In this document: positions 55,595 through 64,000 of the stretch, piece by piece
How the letters are laid out: each line of letters opens with the position of its first letter
Position numbering within the stretch: position 1 is the first letter of the stretch
Assembly: GCA_012295275.1 (NCBI GenBank)
Contig: CM022678.1
Location: forward strand, 18,910,001-18,974,000
Source: Chrysomallon squamiferum
Taxonomy: Eukaryota > Animalia > Mollusca
DNA: 64,000 bases
Direction of reading: 5' to 3'
Position numbers and translations under genes: made by a program
The notes under the pieces: model-generated
Seen by the model: only the letters and a program-made list of their open reading frames with translations
What the model was told of the DNA's origin: nothing
The model's database searches: none

Positions 55595-57860
55595 ATATCA
55601 TTCTTAAATAATTTCCCGTAAAGTCCGATTCTTCACACTGAATCAAAACGTTTTGCTGCAATATATGATCATATACTGTAAATTCATGGTCATTTGTATA
55701 GCAATCCTTCCTAAATACTAATGATTGAACTTCAGACAGTATATCATTAGTTTCACGATACAACTTTAGTCTATTATTTAACACAGCCGTAAAGAGTTTC
55801 CCGAGCCAAGTGAGTAATGTAATTGATCTATAATTTACTTCATTATTTTTAAGATCACTTTTTTGCTTTTCTTTTTTTGTAAATTGGCTTCATTATACGA
55901 ACTAACAATGAGTAAAGGACGATACCCTTTTCAAACACAAAATATAAAAGTTGCACATAATCATGTATCATACAATTAAAAGATCGGTTGACATATTCAT
56001 TAATCATATTGCCTTGACCCAAAATTTTGATATTTGTAATAACTGTAAATATTTTACATTCGAAAGTACGGCTATTTAGTAAATTATTACTTTCTAAATC
56101 TGCTGTACATTTTTGTTATGGAGTCTATCATCACTGATGTTTACGTAAGAAAAATATTGATGCAATGATTTTAAAGGAGTAGGTTGCAATCATAAAACGT
56201 TCGAAGATTCTATTTTTTGCTGAGGTCTGTAAGTTTCTATTCTGTTTTCCAGATTTGTCTTCTTAAAAAATGTAATATTACATTCTTGTACTGTTTCCTG
56301 GTATTTATAAGTCGTTGTTTGTTTTCTTATGTTTTCCTATTATTAAAATGTTCTGGCTTCTGTGTATTTTTTTCTGAATGATCTGCATGCCAACCAAACC
56401 ATGTCATTTTTACATGCTTAGCGGTAGATTTGCTTCGAGCTTATCCAAATGTGCTTACCGTGATGTTTAGGAATAAGTTACTGATCTTGTTCAACGTGGC
56501 GTTAAGCTGTTCATAATCAAAAATATTCACCTATCTAAATCAGAAATAGTGGTCGTGATAGTTTTTTTGTTTACATTATATTTGTCAGCCAGATTCTTAT
56601 TCCATTTTCGGAATTTCAGTACAGTTTCATCAGAGCCGTCTACTTTTTGTTTCGATTTTAAACCACAAAAAAAAAAAAATTATAACTGGACTTTCAGTAT
56701 CTCAATATAAAGGTTCTAAAGGAAGAACTTTAAATTTTAAGTCTTTCTCTAATACACGTAGCGAGCAAAGTACTTTATATATATATTTGGTCTATCAATA
56801 TCCTGAATTTGTCTTTGAGAAATTCCCAAATTTAGCATGTTGTTTGCTCCTTCATAAATTAAATAATTCCTTTGAAATTTGTATCATGTTATTTGTTTCA
56901 GTATCACACATCATATAATCAGGAATATCTGAGTATTGGTGTTATATTAATAAACTGTCTATAAAATTTGTTTTACAGGATAACAAAAGTGAAAATTAGG
57001 TCACCGTTTAGGTGATATATAACCCAGTAAACATGAGCCAGTACTCTTAATAACCAATCATATGCCGCTTGACTTAACACATGATTTTTCCACACACACA
57101 CACACGCACACAGACGCACATATATGTATATACTTCTGATATTTCCACCTTTATCAGTTTCTTCAAATTTGATTTCTTCTAAGGACAAAATATCATACTG
57201 ATTGGAACAGTTTAAGACTCTCGTGCATCTAAACATCCGATATTTACAGTTAGAAATGTTTACTCTTTGTAACAGAGATTGTTCTATACTCAGTCTCTTC
57301 GTTTTGACTGGCGCTAGGGTCTGTCCTCGGACTGTCCTAGGCCATTGTGAGGAGTTACTGCGCACACGCGCTTTTGAATTTACAATTTGTGGTCTGTGAA
57401 TGTTCGGTGCGATGTTTCTTTCTTATGATTCAGTATCTGGTAACGATGGTCAATAATGTTTGTTACCCACTAATGTGTCACCGAGTCCATATCTTCTAGT
57501 CTCAATCATCGTTGGCCACAAACGTTGTCTGCATTCCAGAAACTGAGACCAAAACGAGTCTTTCAAAACATTAGACTTTCTTCTGACAGTTTCTCTGTGT
57601 TTAAATCTTTCAAATTTAGCAATAACTGGTCGTGGCCTCCTGGAGTTTGGAGTACCGTGAGACGGTGCAGACGATCAAGTGCATACATATTTTCATATTT
57701 CATTTTTTCTTCTTTATTTAATACATGTTCTATATACTCGTAGTCTGTTTCTAGAATCAGTTTAAATGTTTTCTCAAATACATCCTGTCGAAATATGTAA
57801 AACATTTTCACTCAGATCTTCATAATAATGTAAGAAATTACGACAACAAACTATTGCATT
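55595..57860 (-). mobile_element. Second copy of the decayed LINE (from the tandem duplication)
   Basis: Near-identical to 46800-49090; ORF remnants at 55593-55784, 56973-57365 (NQYDILSLEEIK) and 57563-57811. Confidence 0.88.
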
Positions 57861-58529
57861 TTTCAACAACAAAAAGCCTTCAATCTGTTGACGAGTTAAA
57901 AATTATATTATTTTCATTTAAAAGGTAGAACTTGTTGAAAACAGTTAACAGTATATGTTAATTTCTTAAATGCTTTGATACAGAGTCGAGCCGTCAATGT
58001 CTATGACTAAACAAAAGCGGAGAAAAGAGGTGTGACACTTTTTAATATAACCGATAATAACAGTTGTGTTTTACAAGAATTGCAGTGGTTAAACTCCTGT
58101 TGATAAAGTTAAAATAATAGATTCAATTTTTATTAAAAACTAGTTTGAGGGATGTATTGGACTTTAAGTTACCCTGAATGATTATTGTGTATACATGTTG
58201 TTTCTTTTCCTTTGAATGTTATTTATTTCATGTTTTTCATTCAAAGCACGATATTATTATCTATTACACATCGTTGTCGTAGTCGAACCCGCCGTCACCA
58301 CTCTATATCTTTGTGACTTCGTACTGAAACAACTTTCAGGAACATGATACACTGAGAACATTCAGTGACGTCAGAGGCTAACAAGAAGAAAACACTGCAT
58401 TCAAATAAACGGGTGACCTAGAACGAACTGCAGTTAGAAGTACATAGACAAGTTGAAACATAAGAAATCTGCGTGTTAGTCTTGTGACATTTATTCACAT
58501 TGCGGGTACAAATTGTAAAAGGAGATAAA

Positions 58530-58584
<55 letters not shown>

Positions 58585-58603
58585 GAATAATAATAACAAT
58601 AAC

Positions 58604-58660
<57 letters not shown>

Positions 58661-59240
58661 TAATAATAATAATGTGTGTTGAAGAGTTTTCTTTGACATT
58701 CCAAATGAAATTTTCTTTAATAATTAGACCTATACGGAATATTAACTTATTAGAACACATTTTTACATGGTTGTTACTACAGTCATATCGACGTTCTGGA
58801 CTATTTCGTGGAACTGAAAAAGGAAAATAGAATGAAGTTGTTTATAATAACACTGACAGTAAAGAATATGAAACGTCAGTAGTAAGGAATATCCAGAGAC
58901 AACGTACAAGTTTCATTTATAAGTTGTTATTCCGATCTATACTTTATACTACGAATTTATTTATTACTTCTCCATTAAGTGATAACAATAATTATCGAAT
59001 AGTTAAATGATATATAAGTTAGAACTACAATTAAGTGCAGTATACAAATACCCGAAAAGCAAATAATACAACCAATTCAGCTTAGCTCACAAACAGTAAG
59101 AAATTGTAAATCGATGGTAAAATTTCATAGCCTAATACAAATTAGAATCACTTAAAGGTAAAACAAATATTGGGTTTTGTTTCTTTTTCACTTATTCTTT
59201 TTTTTTTTTTTAATAATTTAATTTAAAATTTTGAAGCAGA

Positions 59241-59290
<50 letters not shown>

Positions 59291-59885
59291 CTAAACTAAA
59301 TGGACCTATAAGAGACGATTCATGCTTTTTATGTATTTTTGTTTTTTACATACACTCAATAGACATGCTATTTCTAAACATGTTCATTGATCCGAGTGTA
59401 TGTATATCGCTTATTTTTCTACTTCTACGAAAAGTAGTCACGTGGTCTCTGACTTAGTGTAATGACGTTCGCGAAAATTAATAGTTAAATGAGGTAGTAA
59501 GTACATATATAAAATTCGCATTAATATATTTATTTCATATCACATTTCTAAATACGTTCATTCATCCAGCATTTAGTTACACAAACCAAATACATTCGCT
59601 GAACGAATTTATAGCTTAAACTTGTGTTTCCACGAAAATTACTAATGCGTTGTTTCTCTTTAATTAATGATGTTCACTAAATGACTAAATTTCCTTCAAA
59701 ATAATATTTAAGTTAGCATTAAAGTATATATCTTGTTAACAAATTGCAGTTTGATATATAACAGTCATAAGGAAGTAAATAAATAAATAGATAAGAAGCA
59801 AATAACACAAGACGTGAAATAAAATTCAGCTTAGTTAAGAAAAGACAAAATATTATAAATCTTTCTCATTTTCGCTCTTTGTGTG

Positions 59886-59934
<49 letters not shown>

Positions 59935-62816
59935 ATAAGAAATAAAAAATAAAAATAAAATAAGGAAGAATTTGAGATGAGACGGATGTCGATTTCCTCA
60001 TAAATATATAAAGCTTTTCTTTCTAAATATTTAATAATTAAATCTTAGTATTTAAAGCTACACATATTCTGTCACAAGAACTCAGTGTATTAGTGTATTA
60101 GTAATTTAATAATAACATGCAACATGTCCGGGCACGACAACGTATAAAGCGCGTAGATATAATAAGCAGACATGGACATGAATGTGTTTATAACGTTGTC
60201 ATCCGACAGGTTCATAACATTACCTTATTAGGTAACATCCGCTACAGAGCGTTCACACTGATTATCTATATTTATTGTACCGATTCTTGGAATTTCTCTA
60301 AGTGATGTAGACACCTCATATATATATGTGACACTGAAAAGGTAAAGCTATCACAGTTTCTGACTGTTCGTTTGAAAGTTAAGGAACATCCAGCTAGAAC
60401 GTGTAAGTTTGTTTTAATTTTTGTTAGTACGATCATATAGTGGATAATTAAATAATATTTTATTCTTTACTTGTGCATTAAAATATAAAATTAATTCCCG
60501 AATTACTTCATCCAGACTATAACTACAAGAAAGTCATACACAAATATTATTCTTAATGTTACTTGCTGCAAACCATTTTCACACAGTTCATACTGTATTT
60601 CTCGATGTGTTCGTTGATTGGAATATTTATCGTATTTCTCAAATTTCATGAGAATTAGTCACGTGTGCTTCCACTTTGTTTTGTCATGCTCGCAAAAAAT
60701 TAATAGCTAAATTACGAAGGAAAGAAATATGTAATAGTTTTTTTTAATTTTTTATTTGTTCTCACATTTCTAAATACGTTCATTCATCCAATATCTAGTT
60801 ACACAACCAAATAAACTCGCTGACTGAACGTATGTACAGCTTATACTTCTAATTAGTAGATTAGTAATGCTTTGTTTCAGTTAGTTTAATCACTAATAAT
60901 TAAATTTATTTCAAAATACACTTCAAGTGAGGATAAAAAATATATATCTTATTCTAATATTTCGTTTAGTTTTATTTTCTGCAGGTTACAATCCTGCAAC
61001 AGAAAAATAGATGATGATGATGATAATAATAATGATATTTATAATAAGGCCTCATAAACAGTTTTCTTTGGCATTCCAAATAATGTTTTCTTTAATATTT
61101 GAACCTAAACGGAATATTACACTATTTTTTTTTTTTTTTTTTTGTGATATTTAAAAACAAAAATTAATTACATAGTTGTTCCAACAAGCTTATCCGCTTT
61201 TTGAACAGATTCGTGGTAAGAAGAAAAATGTCGCGCACAGAACACTGACTTTTAATTTCGCTGTAAGGAACATCCAGAAAGAACATGTTAGTTTAATTTA
61301 AAATTCCTTCTTTCGATCTTATGCTTCATCTTTAACTAACACTTTATTCATTACTTATCCATTAAGTTATAACTATGGTTCACGAATAGATAACTGATAT
61401 ATAATTTATAACTACAATTAAGTGTAATATACAAATTACCGTGAAGCTAGTAAAATTTTGATAGCGTTATAAAAACTAGAATCATTTAAAAGTAAAACAA
61501 ATATTGGGTTTTCTTTCTGTTTCTTTTTCTTCACATTTTAAATTATTGTAATTTTTATATAGTTTATTTTAAAATTGTTAAGCTGGTCATTTTGTTTATT
61601 ATTCTCTGGCCTAAACACTTCATAGCTGTGATTTGTTAAATTAAAATAAATAGAGAAAGAAAATAATTGGATATGAGATGTGAGTTGTGTACAGGATAGT
61701 ATTATTTCATCCGAACGACCCTGACAGCAACTATAGGAATCAAAGTATTTTATTTTATTTTCTCTTTCGATGTTATTATTATTATTAGTAGTAGTAGTAG
61801 CAGTAGTTGTAGTAGTAGTTGTAGTAGTAGTAGTATTGTTATTATTGTTGTTATTGTTATTGTTATTGTTGCTATAATTATTATTTTTACTGAACTAAAT
61901 GGAGCTATTAGAGAAACATATTATATTTATATATATATATATATTTTTTTCTTTTCTACATACACTGAGTAGAGATACTATTTCTAAAGATGTTCATTGA
62001 TCCGAATATATGTATATGGCTTATTTTTCTATTTCCACGAAAAGTAGTCACGTGTGTTCTGACTTTGTGTAATCACGTTCGAGAAAATTAATAATTAAAT
62101 TACGTAGAAAATAAATATATAAAATCAGCATTAAAATATTTATTTCATATCACATTTCTAAATACGTTCATTCATCCAGTATCTAGTTATACAAACCACA
62201 TAAATTCGCTGACCGAACGGAAACCTTATATTTCTAATTGCTCTAAAATTACTAATGCGTTTTTTCACTTTGTTTAATTCGTTTTCAAAATAACTAAATT
62301 TAGAGGAAAATACTGTTTAAGTTAGCATTAAAAAATATCTTATGAAGAAATTCGTGTTTTATTATTATTATTTTTGTTTGCTGCAAACCGTTTCACGCAG
62401 TAAACTTGATATATATCGATGTGTTCGTTGATCCGAATATTTATAATATGTCTCAAATTTCACGAAGGTTATTCCTGTGTGCTTTGACTTTGTTTGATCA
62501 CGTTCACAAAAAGTAATAGCCAAGTTACATAGAATATAAATATAAACTTCGCTTTAAATTTTTTATTTGATATCAAACTTGTAAATGTGTTTATTAATCC
62601 AGTATCTAGTGTTAACAACCAGATACTTTCACTGAACGAACGTATATCTGATACTTGTATTGGCACGAAAATTACTGATTCTTTGTTTCAGTTTGTTTAA
62701 TCATGTTTACTAAAGAACTAGGTTTAAAGTTAGAATTAAAACATACATCTTATCCGCTATCGTTATTTAGTTTCACTTATCTGCAGATCAGCACCCTGCG
62801 AAGATAAACACATACT

Positions 62817-62882
<66 letters not shown>

Positions 62883-63843
62883 CTATTCGAGATGGTTTAA
62901 TGAAAACTATTCGCAGAGAGAGTCAAAAATACGATAAATAAGCAAAGTCTGCCCTGATTTCTACGATACGAAAAAAGTGTAGTCTTCTTTCCTGAATGAA
63001 GAACATAAATCTTAGTAACAATAATCTTATATGTGAATATGTGTGTATGTGTCTCTGTGTGAGAGCCTGTGTGTGTGTTTGACTGTTGTTTTAAGCTGTA
63101 TGTAAGCTTACAAAAAGAAAATGACACGTTGCTAGCTCCTGAATACTGCTCATATCTTTTTCAAAACAGTTTGACACGCTTTATATCCTTTGAAGTGAAG
63201 GAAAACGTGTTTCCATTGTCACCAAGCAACGACAGTAATACACTATGTAACGTGTCCCTTTACAGATAAAAGCAAATAGTTGGAGATTAGTATTAATTAA
63301 TATCGAAATGAAAAAGAAAATGAAAATATTAAATGATATAAAATAAAATAAAATAATATGTCTATATGGAAGTCACTTTTATGTGAAGGGTGAAATCGTT
63401 ATATTATAGTGTGTGTGTGTGTGTGCGTGTGTGTGTATGCTAGTTAATCTGTTTTCCGTATTGTTGTTGTTGTTGTTGTTGTTGTTGTTATTATTATTAT
63501 TATTTTTTTTTATTCTTATTATTATTCTTATTATTCTTATTATTATGATTATGATTATTATGATTATTATTATGATTATTTAATTAGGGAGTTGTGATCA
63601 ATCGAGAAATTAAAGTAATAAATAGCACGATATCAACTAATTCGTTAAATGTTTGACGAGTTTATTATTAATATTTACTTTTGTCTCTCTTTACATTTTA
63701 AAACAGACAAGGTCACTGGTCAAGGTCAATGTTATTTTACTGTAAGATAATTTTAACGAGACCCAGATACATTCCACTTTAAAACAATCTAAAACGGTTG
63801 TTGTTGTTGTTGTTGTTCTTCTTCTTCTTGTTCTTATTATTAA

Positions 63844-63900
<57 letters not shown>

Positions 63901-64000
63901 GATTTTACTGTGAGTAGTACATGCATAGAAACTTAGATAGACCGCACGTTAATCATGTTCATGGTTAAGTTGCAAACAGAGAATTTGAAACCATTGTAGT

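Overview
AT-rich, microsatellite-dense animal genomic DNA with spliceosomal GT-AG introns and one 200-N scaffold gap. An invertebrate such as a mollusc is likely, but that is inference. Left of the gap (1-22968, minus strand) is a tandem array of about 10.3 kb period. It holds at least four paralogous genes for ~720-aa proteins that fuse a TTC22/IFIT-like TPR solenoid to a C-terminal TIR-like domain. Two copies are complete (a 64-nt start exon plus one ~2.1-kb exon), two are partial, and two TIR-only pseudogene fragments are interleaved. Right of the gap (23582-33090, plus strand) is a multi-exon gene missed by the ORF track. It encodes a divergent NIK/COT (MAP3K14/MAP3K8)-like kinase behind a tandemly repeated three-exon N-terminal module and carries several +1 frameshifts. 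The rest (about 37.6-64 kb) is non-coding: a mosaic of local repeat modules and a ~9-kb tandem duplication carrying a decayed LINE. All alignments and translations were done by eye; no searches were run.
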